From Candidatus Oleincola secundus (GTDB taxonomy: Bacteria > Atribacterota > Phoenicimicrobiia > Phoenicimicrobiales > Stramentimicrobiaceae), in the NCBI GenBank assembly GCA_018400815.1, contig JAGYLS010000011.1, positions 1 through 38,140 on the forward strand: a stretch of 38,140 bases of DNA, in the 5' to 3' direction. Positions within the stretch are counted from its first letter, which is position 1. The number at the start of each line of letters is the position of its first letter. This document shows positions 16,656-25,480 of this stretch, in pieces. Under the pieces are notes generated by a model. That model was not told where the DNA came from, ran no database searches, and worked only from the letters and a program-made list of their open reading frames with translations. The translations under genes and the position numbers were made by a program.

Positions 16656-19244
16656 TCATAAATGAATCAGCTCAAACTGGGAACCTAAAGTAGGGTCTTT
16701 CCAGACTTCAATCCTCACCGGGAAAGCATCCTTGAGTAATGATAAATGAGTAATCACCAGTATTTTATCAAAATCATCCTGAATAGCATGAATAGCCTGA
16801 ATTAATTTTTGTAATCCATCCTCATCTTGTGTTCCAAAACCTTCATCAATCACAAGGGTCCTTAAGCGAGCTCCGGTTCGATAAGTCAATAATTTGGAAA
16901 GGGCAATCCGGATAGCAAAATCAATACGAAATGTTTCTCCACCACTATAAAGCTCATAAGGTCTAACACCCATATCATCATGAATTTTAATATCCAGGGT
17001 TTCCCTTATATCACCACTTTTTAATTCTTTCAAGGACTCCAGACTAATTGTTGTTCTTTCGCTGGACAGTTGTGATAAAATCACATTGGCTTCCTCTTCC
17101 AGTTCCGGAATAGCATTCTCAATTATCATAGATTGAATGCCATTTTTACCAAAAGCAGTATTTAGTTTTTGATAAATTTCTTTCTTGTGTAGCTGAAATT
17201 CTTTTTGTTTTCCGATTTTTTGTTCTTCTTTCTGGTATTCTTCTATTTTAGCTAATTTCTCCTGGCATGCTCCTTTTTTTTGGAAAAGTTGATTACAACT
17301 TTGCTGTAATTGATTAAATGATTCCTGCTGAGTCTGTAATGCTTTGTCCATTTCGGGCAATTCTTCCAAATTTTTAATAATCTCTTGATATTCCTTTTTC
17401 AATTTAATGATTTTGGCTTTTTTGTGTTCCAATTGATTATCTATTTCTGAATGTTCCTTTTCCAAATTAAGCATCGTTATTTTTGCTTCGGATAATTTCT
17501 CTTTCTGTAAAGGTGCTTCTTTAAAATGTTCTAATTCCCTGTTAATTCTAATGTATCTCTTATCATCATATTCTTGCTTCTGAATTTTTTTCTCAATTTC
17601 AGTTAACTGATTTCTTTCATTCCGGGCAAACAGTTTCTGACTAATCTGCTCTTGTTGATTTTTAATTTCCTGCATCAACTCTTCTGATTGCTCTTCTGCT
17701 TTTTGGCCTTCTTTAATCAAAAAAGAGAATGCAGTTAGCTTATTTTGAATTTCTTCTTTTTGTTTTAGCTCATTACGATTTTGCTTCCATTCCTGCTGCA
17801 GTATATTTTTCTTATTTGATAATTCTGTAACTTCTTCCATTAGATCCCTTATCTCATGATTTTTCAGGGCAATCTCTTTCTCCGTATTTTGCCTGATTAT
17901 TTTTATTTTTTGCTCATCCAAAGGAGATTGACATAATGGACAATTACCCTGTTTCCTCTGGCTGAGTAGGTCGATTTTTTCCTGATTTTTTTTTATTTCA
18001 TCCCTGAGTCTTTTTGCTTGATTATTTTTGCTTTCGATTTTTACATTCAATTGATTTCCTTCTTGCTGAATATGCTCTTGCCTTTTAATCAGTACATCAA
18101 GTCGTTCTATTTTTGATTTTAATTTTTGAATTTCCTTTTGCTGACTTGATAAAGAATTTACCTTTTCCCGTAGTTCGTGATATTGCTTTTTCTTCTGTTC
18201 TAATTGAACTAAAAGATTGCCCTTTACTTTTTCAATTTGTGCTTCCAATTCTCTTTTGACCTTGTCCAACTCCCGGTATTTCTGCATTAAACTTATCATA
18301 CGCTGATTCTCATTATATAAATTTTGATATTTATCATAATCAGCTAAAATCTGTTTTTCACGGGACAAGACTAACTGATAGTCTTTGATACTTTGCTCTA
18401 TTATCCTTTTTCTTCTTAGATATACCTGCAATTCTTTTTCATCTGAATTAATACGGGTTACCAGTTCTTTTTCTCTTTCCTGTTCATAATGCAATTTGTT
18501 CTTTTTCTTTTCTAATTTTTGTAAATATTCTCTTATTTGTTTAATTTTTAGGTTATTATTTCTCTCATTCTCCTGTATTGATCGAATCTCTTCTTCATGT
18601 GCACTTTTTTGGGCAATCTCCTGATTGATTTGTTCTAATCTGTTTTTTAAAGTTAATAGTTTCCCTTCCATTTCCCGTAAATGCTGTCGCGACAACACCG
18701 AAAGTGCTTCATAATGAGAAAGTCCAAGTACCTCGGATAAAATCTGTTTTCGCTCCCGGGCACTTTTCCGCGTAAATTCATCGACTCTTCCCTGCAAGAT
18801 AAAAGCAGAATTAATAAATGTCTCATAATCCATTCTTAACAATCGGTTAATTCTTTGCTGAGTTTGTCGAATAGAGGGAGAAGATAGGGAAATAAAAGCT
18901 GATTTTTTTTCCTCAAAAACCTGTAATTCCAATTCGGAATGATTTTTATTTTTTAACTTGGAAAATTTTCTGATAATACGGTAACGTTCGCCTTCCAGGT
19001 CAACAGTCAAATCAACCCACATTTGGTTTTCGCCTATTTTAAGCAATCCGCTGTCTGCTTTTCTATCCTGACTCGCTTTCCTGCCCTCACCCCAAATAGC
19101 CCAGGTTAATGCATCCAGCAAAGCTGATTTTCCCTGACCGTTTTTACCGGAAAGACAGGCAATGCTGAATTGAGTAAAATCAAGAGGAGGAACCTCTTCT
19201 CCATAACTCAAAAAGTTAAACATCTGTAATTTCACAGGTATCAT
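16656..19244 (-). CDS. sbcC: SbcC/Rad50-type SMC-family ATPase
   Basis: Walker A GKNGQGKS, Q-loop ILQG, zinc hook CPLC in the coiled coil, signature YSGGE, Walker B LVIDEGFG and H-loop VITH. Confidence 0.92.
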   Translation of the reverse strand: MIPVKLQMFNFLSYGEEVPPLDFTQFSIACLSGKNGQGKSALLDALTWAIWGEGRKASQDRKADSGLLKIGENQMWVDLTVDLEGERYRIIRKFSKLKNKNHSELELQVFEEKKSAFISLSSPSIRQTQQRINRLLRMDYETFINSAFILQGRVDEFTRKSARERKQILSEVLGLSHYEALSVLSRQHLREMEGKLLTLKNRLEQINQEIAQKSAHEEEIRSIQENERNNNLKIKQIREYLQKLEKKKNKLHYEQEREKELVTRINSDEKELQVYLRRKRIIEQSIKDYQLVLSREKQILADYDKYQNLYNENQRMISLMQKYRELDKVKRELEAQIEKVKGNLLVQLEQKKKQYHELREKVNSLSSQQKEIQKLKSKIERLDVLIKRQEHIQQEGNQLNVKIESKNNQAKRLRDEIKKNQEKIDLLSQRKQGNCPLCQSPLDEQKIKIIRQNTEKEIALKNHEIRDLMEEVTELSNKKNILQQEWKQNRNELKQKEEIQNKLTAFSFLIKEGQKAEEQSEELMQEIKNQQEQISQKLFARNERNQLTEIEKKIQKQEYDDKRYIRINRELEHFKEAPLQKEKLSEAKITMLNLEKEHSEIDNQLEHKKAKIIKLKKEYQEIIKNLEELPEMDKALQTQQESFNQLQQSCNQLFQKKGACQEKLAKIEEYQKEEQKIGKQKEFQLHKKEIYQKLNTAFGKNGIQSMIIENAIPELEEEANVILSQLSSERTTISLESLKELKSGDIRETLDIKIHDDMGVRPYELYSGGETFRIDFAIRIALSKLLTYRTGARLRTLVIDEGFGTQDEDGLQKLIQAIHAIQDDFDKILVITHLSLLKDAFPVRIEVWKDPTLGSQFELIHL

Positions 19245-20491
19245 ATTTCATAGCCTCCAAGAGATTCATTTGTATCTTTCAATTCTTGTTGGAGATTATG
19301 AGTATATTCCTTTAATTCCTTCTCCCAGGATTGCCAATCATGTAATTGTACATATTCTGATAGAGCAGAAAATATATCCATTTCCTCAGAAAGAGAACTC
19401 CTTCTGGTTCTTGATTTTCTTTGAACATTTCTGGTAATTCCGGTAACTAAAAAGGCTTCTCTTAATGCTTCGTTTATTTTTCTAAAGTCAAGCTTCTCTT
19501 CCTGATCCTCAGATATCTCATAATGTATACGGATGATAGCATCTTTCAAATCATATTTTTCAATCTCTTTAATAAACCTATCTGTTGGATTATCTGTTCC
19601 TCTAATTTTTACTTCAATGGTAAGCATCTTACGAGTCGGAAGTGAAATAAACTCATATTCAACTTTACCTTTCTTATCAATACTAGCAATACAAAACCCT
19701 TTATCTTCTTTTTCTTCACCAAAATTAATTCTTTCCATACTACCTGAATAAATAACAGGAAGTTTGCCGGAAAGGTTTAAATTCTGATATCGGTGAATAT
19801 GCCCCAGGGCTATGTAATCAAGGGGAGAATCGATAAAAAATTGAACCGGGATAACCGGGTCATTTCCTATTACAGCATAATTTTCAGAACCTGAAAATAA
19901 AGCTTCAGCAACTGTCAGATGGGCAGCCAGTATTTTTGGATATCGTAAATCCAGTTTAGCTATCAGATCTGTTATAGTTTTCATAAGACGTTTTTTTATT
20001 TTTTTATTAATTACATCTGTATCATCATTTCTATATTCATCTTTTTCAAGATACTGATTTCTGGTAGGCCAGGGAATCCCAATGACCTGGATAGGACCCT
20101 TAACAGTTTGCAAATTAATAAGACCAGGTTCAATAACAACATGAATATTGGGAATATTTAATGTCTGGAAAATATCCAAAGCACTGGCTCTACCATAAGT
20201 TAGGGGATTATCATGATTACCATTAATCAAGATAGTAGATATGCCGGCTTTACTTAACCGGTAAATTTGACTGGCAAATTCCCTTTGATGGGTTGGGCTG
20301 GGACTATTGTTTTTATAGGCATCACCGCAAAAAAGGGCAAAATCAACTTTTTCCTCAATAGCAATATCAATTGCCGTAGTTAAGGACTTTATAAAATCAT
20401 TTAAACGTGAGTGAAGACCGCTTTTACTATCAAAGCGCCCATAATTTTCTACTCCCAGGTGGATATCCGCAAAATGAAGAAATTTAATCAT
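19241..20491 (-). CDS. sbcD: SbcD/Mre11 nuclease subunit
   Basis: Metallophosphoesterase motifs HFADIHLG, GDAY, GNHD, YIALGHIH and YSGS. Overlaps sbcC by 4 nt. Confidence 0.92.
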   Translation of the reverse strand: MIKFLHFADIHLGVENYGRFDSKSGLHSRLNDFIKSLTTAIDIAIEEKVDFALFCGDAYKNNSPSPTHQREFASQIYRLSKAGISTILINGNHDNPLTYGRASALDIFQTLNIPNIHVVIEPGLINLQTVKGPIQVIGIPWPTRNQYLEKDEYRNDDTDVINKKIKKRLMKTITDLIAKLDLRYPKILAAHLTVAEALFSGSENYAVIGNDPVIPVQFFIDSPLDYIALGHIHRYQNLNLSGKLPVIYSGSMERINFGEEKEDKGFCIASIDKKGKVEYEFISLPTRKMLTIEVKIRGTDNPTDRFIKEIEKYDLKDAIIRIHYEISEDQEEKLDFRKINEALREAFLVTGITRNVQRKSRTRRSSLSEEMDIFSALSEYVQLHDWQSWEKELKEYTHNLQQELKDTNESLGGYEI

Positions 20492-20506
20492 AACCCTATC
20501 CTTGCT

Positions 20507-21271
20507 TTAAAAAATTAGGTCAATACCAATAGGACAGTGGTCAGAACCTGTTACCTCTGATTGAATGAAAGCTGACTTTAGATTGTCTTTCAAATTATTA
20601 CTAATAAAAAAATAATCAATTCTCCATCCAACGTTCCGTTCTCTAGCCCTAGTTTTGTAATCCCACCAACTATACTGCCCCGGTCCCGGATGAAAATGAC
20701 GGAATGTATCAATAAAGCCAAGTTTAATTAAACGATCAATCCATTCTCGCTCAATGGGAAGAAAGCCGGATATTTTTTCGTTTTCTTTAGGTCTGGCCAA
20801 ATCAATCTCCTGATGAGCAGTATTGACATCCCCGCAAATAACTATTTTCTTGCCCTCTCGGAGCAAATCAGCTATTCTCTTTAAAAATGTTTCATAATAA
20901 TCCATCTTATACTGTAATCTCTCCTTGGATGCCTTGCCATTCGGGAAATAAACATTGAATAAAATAATATCTTGGTATTCTGCTTCAATCAATCTACCTT
21001 CTTTGTCAAACCTTGGCAATCCCAATTCATAGGATACTTTCTCAGGTATAACTTTACTCCAAAGTGCCACCCCACTATACCCTTTTCGCTCAGCTTGTGC
21101 AAAATATCCATTGTAATCAGGTCTCTCTATAAGCTTTTTGGGCAATTGATCCAAATGAGATTTTGTCTCCTGAATACAGTACATATCTGCCTGTTCTGAA
21201 TCAAACCATTCTAAAAAATTTTTCTTATATATTGCCCTCAAACCATTTACATTCCACGATAATAAACGCAT
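20507..21271 (-). CDS. xth: Exodeoxyribonuclease III / AP endonuclease
   Basis: Motifs SWNVNGLRA, CIQETK, YFPNG, GDVNTAH, GWRIDYF and GSDHCP. Confidence 0.95.
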   Translation of the reverse strand: MRLLSWNVNGLRAIYKKNFLEWFDSEQADMYCIQETKSHLDQLPKKLIERPDYNGYFAQAERKGYSGVALWSKVIPEKVSYELGLPRFDKEGRLIEAEYQDIILFNVYFPNGKASKERLQYKMDYYETFLKRIADLLREGKKIVICGDVNTAHQEIDLARPKENEKISGFLPIEREWIDRLIKLGFIDTFRHFHPGPGQYSWWDYKTRARERNVGWRIDYFFISNNLKDNLKSAFIQSEVTGSDHCPIGIDLIF

Positions 21272-21311
21272 AAAACTATTCCTTCTATTTTTAAAAAGTA
21301 TTTTAAGAGTA

Positions 21312-22007
21312 CTAGGAATGACTTCCTTTGACTATTTCCACTCCCTTGCTTGCTCCAATACGAGTTGCACCTGCCTCTACCATTTTTAAAGCAGTTTCAT
21401 AATCTCTGATACCGCCGGCAGCTTTGATGCCCATATGATTTCCAACAATTCTTCGCATTAATTTAACATCTTTCACAGTGGCGCCACCACTTTGAAAACC
21501 TGTAGAAGTTTTTACAAAATGAGCTCCCGCTTCAACTGCAATCCGACAGCCAATTTCTTTTTCCTGGTCAGTTAACAGTGCTGTTTCCAAAATAACCTTA
21601 CAAATCAATCCCTTTACTGATCTCACTACTTCTTCAATGTCTTCTTTAACTTTCCGGTAATTATTATCCTTTAATGCAGAAATATTAATTACCATATCAA
21701 TCTCATCTGCTCCCTCTTTTGCTGCCTCTCTTGCCTCATAAGCTTTAACCCTGGACAAACTTGCACCTAACGGGAAACCAACGACAGCACATATTTTAAC
21801 CCCCGAATTGACTAGAAATGTTTTCGCTAAAGGTATAAAAGAAGAGTTAATGCAAACAGAGTAAAAATGATATTCCCGGGCTTCCTCGCAAAGAACTTCT
21901 ATTTGAATCCCCGTAGTATCCGGACGTAAAGCTGTATGATCAATAATTTGTGCAACATCTTTTTTGGCTAATATTTTTGCTGTTTCCACTGAAATTAATT
22001 CCGGCAT
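21312..22007 (-). CDS. deoC: Deoxyribose-phosphate aldolase
   Basis: Motifs IIDHTAL, VVGFPLG, GADEIDMV, KVILET, FVKTSTGF, KAAGGIR and GATRIGAS. Confidence 0.96.
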   Translation of the reverse strand: MPELISVETAKILAKKDVAQIIDHTALRPDTTGIQIEVLCEEAREYHFYSVCINSSFIPLAKTFLVNSGVKICAVVGFPLGASLSRVKAYEAREAAKEGADEIDMVINISALKDNNYRKVKEDIEEVVRSVKGLICKVILETALLTDQEKEIGCRIAVEAGAHFVKTSTGFQSGGATVKDVKLMRRIVGNHMGIKAAGGIRDYETALKMVEAGATRIGASKGVEIVKGSHS

Positions 22008-22048
22008 ATGTCCTCCTATAAGTCAATTTTAATAAAATAATTCTATTT

Positions 22049-22675
22049 TTACTTTGGTCTTAATTCTGCTGCAAAAGGTTTGCAAGTATTTTTATCTATC
22101 AACAATTTTATTCTATAACCGGATGAAACATAATTCTTTTTACTGGCACTTTCATGATTTGCAATTATAGTGTTATCAAATTTACATTTCCCTTTACAAT
22201 TACACTTAATCCATTTCCCCTCTTTTGAATAAACCGCAATATGTAAATATTTTGTTGGTATATCGGGGAACTTCTTGATTATTATAGGAACACTTTGAGC
22301 CACAATACGCTGCATAACTTTGTGGAACAGGTCATTCCCAATCTTTTTTTTAAAAGCAGAAAAAGTAGAATGAGCAGGCGTTTTGAGAAAATGATGGAAT
22401 CCACACAGTACACAATACTTGGTATTAAAACGTAACTTTTCGGCTAAATCCCGATTTGACTTTACTTCACCCAGATATATTAATAGTTGTGCTTTGAACA
22501 ATGAAACAGGGCTGTAAACTAATTCTTTTTTGCAATAATAATGGCCTTTAACCATGGAGTCTATAAAAGACCAATCAATCGACTCATAGATAATTTTAAG
22601 CGGGTCATTTTTTTTAATCTTTTTGTAGGCTTCATAAGTAGAAAATGAAAATTGTTGTTTTTCCTTTTTCTCCAT
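22049..22675 (-). CDS. Transposase N-terminal (DUF772/InsH_N-like) domain protein lacking a full DDE domain
   Basis: DPLKIIYESIDWSFI, YSPVSLFKAQLL..SNRDLAEKL and PAHSTFSAFKKKIG resemble IS5/IS1182-type N-termini. Only 208 aa; no terminal inverted repeats seen. Confidence 0.65.
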   Translation of the reverse strand: MEKKEKQQFSFSTYEAYKKIKKNDPLKIIYESIDWSFIDSMVKGHYYCKKELVYSPVSLFKAQLLIYLGEVKSNRDLAEKLRFNTKYCVLCGFHHFLKTPAHSTFSAFKKKIGNDLFHKVMQRIVAQSVPIIIKKFPDIPTKYLHIAVYSKEGKWIKCNCKGKCKFDNTIIANHESASKKNYVSSGYRIKLLIDKNTCKPFAAELRPK

Positions 22676-22726
22676 TAAATCAAATTTCCGTTAAAAGAGT
22701 TGCTTTTTATCTAAATATTTATTGTA

Positions 22727-24103
22727 CTAGAACCTTTTATTTCTCTTTCTTAAAAATGTTGGTATATCCAGATCTTCCTTATTTTTATAATTAGTGTTAG
22801 TGGTAAGATCTGACTCATCCGTATCAGCCGGTTTGTCATGGCTATAATTTTTATCTCTTGCTGGAATATCTTTTCTATTATCTGCACTATTATAATAGTC
22901 TAATTTTTCCTTTTTAATTTCCCTTTTATCATCCTCTTTTTCTATTTTTTCTTTAACTGTTTCAATTTTTTCAGAATAATCGGACATATATTTTTCGCAC
23001 TTTGTTGCAATGACAGTTACCCTAATTTCATCCTGCATACTTTCAGAAATAATGGCACCAAAAACAATATTAGCTTCATTTCCGGCAGCTTTTGAGACAA
23101 GATCAACAATTTCATTAATTTCATACAGGCTCATATCTAATCCGCCGGTTACATTAACCAATAATGAACTGGAACCTTTTATTGAAACCTCTAATAAAGA
23201 ACTTGAAATTGCTGCTTCGGCAGCAGTTGTGCCTTTGTTATTGCCTCTTCCCACACCAATTCCAACTAAGGCAAATCCGGCATCTTTAATAACCGCTCTA
23301 ACATCAGCCAAATCAAGATTAATTAATCCGGGAATAGTAATTAAATCAGCTATAGCTTGTACGGATTGCCTTAATACTCTATCGGTTATTTCAAAAGCTT
23401 CTTTTACTGAAGTATCCTTGCTTATCATGCTCAGTAACTGGTCGTTAGATATGGTAATTAAAGCATCAACTTGTTTCTTTAATTCTTCAATACCCTTTTC
23501 AGCCTGGACTATGCGCTTTTTCCCTTCAAAAGTAAAAGGACGGGTCACCACTCCGATAGTAAGCGCGCCTTCTCTTTTGGCAATCTCAGCAACAACAGGA
23601 GCAGCACCACTTCCGGTGCCTCCACCCATACCTGCAGTGATAAAGACAATATCTGCATCCTCCAAAACTTTGGAAATCATATTTCTGTCTTCTTCAGCCG
23701 CTTTTTTCCCGGTTTCAGGGTCACCGCCAGCACCCAGTCCACGTGTGGTTAATTTACCAATTTGGACCTTTTGACTTGCTTGAGATAATGAAAGTGCTTG
23801 TAAATCAGTATTAAGAGCGATTAATTTTAAACCATTGATACGATGATTAGCCATTTCTTCAATGGCATTATTTCCGCTTCCACCTATACCAATAACCTTT
23901 ATACTTACAAATTCTTCTATTTCCTGTTCTTCTTTAGGCGCTTCTTCTCTAATATTAATATTACGATCAATCAGGTTACCATTTCCGTTAATAGGTTTTT
24001 CCTCTTCTTGTTCTATTTTTACACCCTGAGAGGTATCTCTGATTAATTCCTGTTTATAATCCATAATTTTAGTAAAGCCGCGAGCTAATTTTTTCTTTTT
24101 CAA
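22727..24103 (-). CDS. ftsZ: Cell division protein FtsZ with ~65-aa N-terminal extension
   Basis: Motifs IKVIGIGG, GLGAGG, GMGGGTGSG, PFTFEG, T7 loop INLDLADV and C-terminal peptide DLDIPTFLRK. TTG start with GAGGTG RBS. Confidence 0.96.
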   Translation of the reverse strand: MKKKKLARGFTKIMDYKQELIRDTSQGVKIEQEEEKPINGNGNLIDRNINIREEAPKEEQEIEEFVSIKVIGIGGSGNNAIEEMANHRINGLKLIALNTDLQALSLSQASQKVQIGKLTTRGLGAGGDPETGKKAAEEDRNMISKVLEDADIVFITAGMGGGTGSGAAPVVAEIAKREGALTIGVVTRPFTFEGKKRIVQAEKGIEELKKQVDALITISNDQLLSMISKDTSVKEAFEITDRVLRQSVQAIADLITIPGLINLDLADVRAVIKDAGFALVGIGVGRGNNKGTTAAEAAISSSLLEVSIKGSSSLLVNVTGGLDMSLYEINEIVDLVSKAAGNEANIVFGAIISESMQDEIRVTVIATKCEKYMSDYSEKIETVKEKIEKEDDKREIKKEKLDYYNSADNRKDIPARDKNYSHDKPADTDESDLTTNTNYKNKEDLDIPTFLRKRNKRF

Positions 24104-24870
24104 AGGAAATCACCTCTTTGGCAAGTTCTGAATAATCTTCTGCCCCATGTGATTTGGGATTATAATAAATAATAGGAATACCCTGGCTAGTAGATTCTAT
24201 TCAGTGTTATATTTTTTTTCTAATAATGGTTCTAAAAACTCTTTCTTTAAAGAAATCTCTTGTTTCTTCAATTACTTCTTGAAATATTGCTTCTGATATC
24301 AGCTATGGTAACTAAAACATATATTTCAAGGATGATGTAAATTCTGATGAACAATTTTAATAGTTTCATAAACTCTTCAATGCCACGCAGCGCAAAATAA
24401 TGTGGTTGTATGGGGCAATGACCTCATGGGAAGCCTTTAATGCATTGGTGTTAATATCCCCAAGAGGAGGACAATCAATTATCACATAGTCAAAATTAAT
24501 TTTGCTATTTTGAATTCCAATGTTTAGAAAATCTTCTCTTCCGATTTGGTCAATCAATTTGTACTCAGCACTGGCAAAATCAATATTAGTTGGAGCAACA
24601 TATATGGGTTGCCCACTTGCCCATTTCTTTTAATTGTGACTACAACATCATCCAATTCAAGTTTATTGGGAGAACAGTCAGTTCTAATACATTAAGCATT
24701 GTTTTTATCAAGTTCATTAGGTTCGATTCCCAGACCAATTGTAGTATGTGCCTGGGGTCCATATCGACAAGTACTTTTTGCCATAGTCACTTAAGCAAGT
24801 TCCCAAATTAATTGATGTAGTGGTTTTGAAACACACCCACAGCACAGTTGGCTACTGAAAAAATCCGCAA
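24069..24870 (-). pseudogene. ParA/Soj family ATPase, multiply frameshifted (pseudogene or sequencing error)
   Basis: Manual translation across frames gives (M)RIFSVAN..KTTTSI..LGTCLSDYGKK..VDMDP..AHTTIGLGIEP..FDYVIIDCPP..NALKASHEVIAP..GAEDYSELAKEVISFE. TTG start with GGGGG RBS; the Walker A codons are garbled. Confidence 0.8.
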
Positions 24871-25407
24871 GCTTGTTACCCCCTAAACATAAAACAATAA
24901 CTCAAATTGTTAAATCAGCAGGAGCAGGATACTTAAAATAATTATATTATGCTATTCTTCCTGTTCTTTGCCGAATTTTACAAATATAATTTTTACAATA
25001 ATTTTTAAATCCACTATACTATTATATACATGATAGCATAATATTTATCTCTGTTTATTGTAATTATACATTATGATTATATCATGATATTTATTGGTAT
25101 GCCACAGGTAAATAATTAAAATTTATCTATAATCTTAATACTTTAGAATATATTTACCTTTTTTAACAGTCTTGACAAATGTATTTATCCAGAAAATTTT
25201 TTTTAAAAAGTTTTTTAATCAATATTGGAGTCTTCTTTCCTAATCAGCAGGAGAAATTATCCAATAATATTTGTACACTGACTATATTGTTAGAACAAGA
25301 TAAGCTATAATAAAAAATATCATTACTTTTAACAAATTAGTTGTCAGTATAATCTTTAATTATAATACTTTACTATATATAGACTTTCCTGTTTTTAAAA
25401 TATATAC

Positions 25408-25439
25408 TTGCCATTATTAGCTAGTACTAATAATGGCAA
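25408..25439. promoter_or_regulatory. 13-bp inverted repeat upstream of the acyl-CoA ligase (operator or leader hairpin)
   Basis: TTGCCATTATTAG-N6-CTAATAATGGCAA, about 40 nt before the ATG at 25481. Confidence 0.45.
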
Positions 25440-25480
25440 TTGCTAAATATAACACTTTCTGTAAACTCTGGAGGCTACTA

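Noticed and set aside
16656..20491. SMC ATPase plus nuclease as an anti-plasmid or anti-phage system (Wadjet, Lamassu)
   Set aside because: The CPLC zinc hook and Mre11-type partner identify ordinary SbcCD; no kleisin, KITE or effector genes are adjacent.
23010..23774. 254-aa plus-strand ORF
   Set aside because: It is fully antisense to the conserved FtsZ core, a typical shadow ORF.
24366..24811. ORFs 24366-24557 and 24590-24811 as independent small genes
   Set aside because: The first is a fragment of the frameshifted parA; the second is antisense to it.
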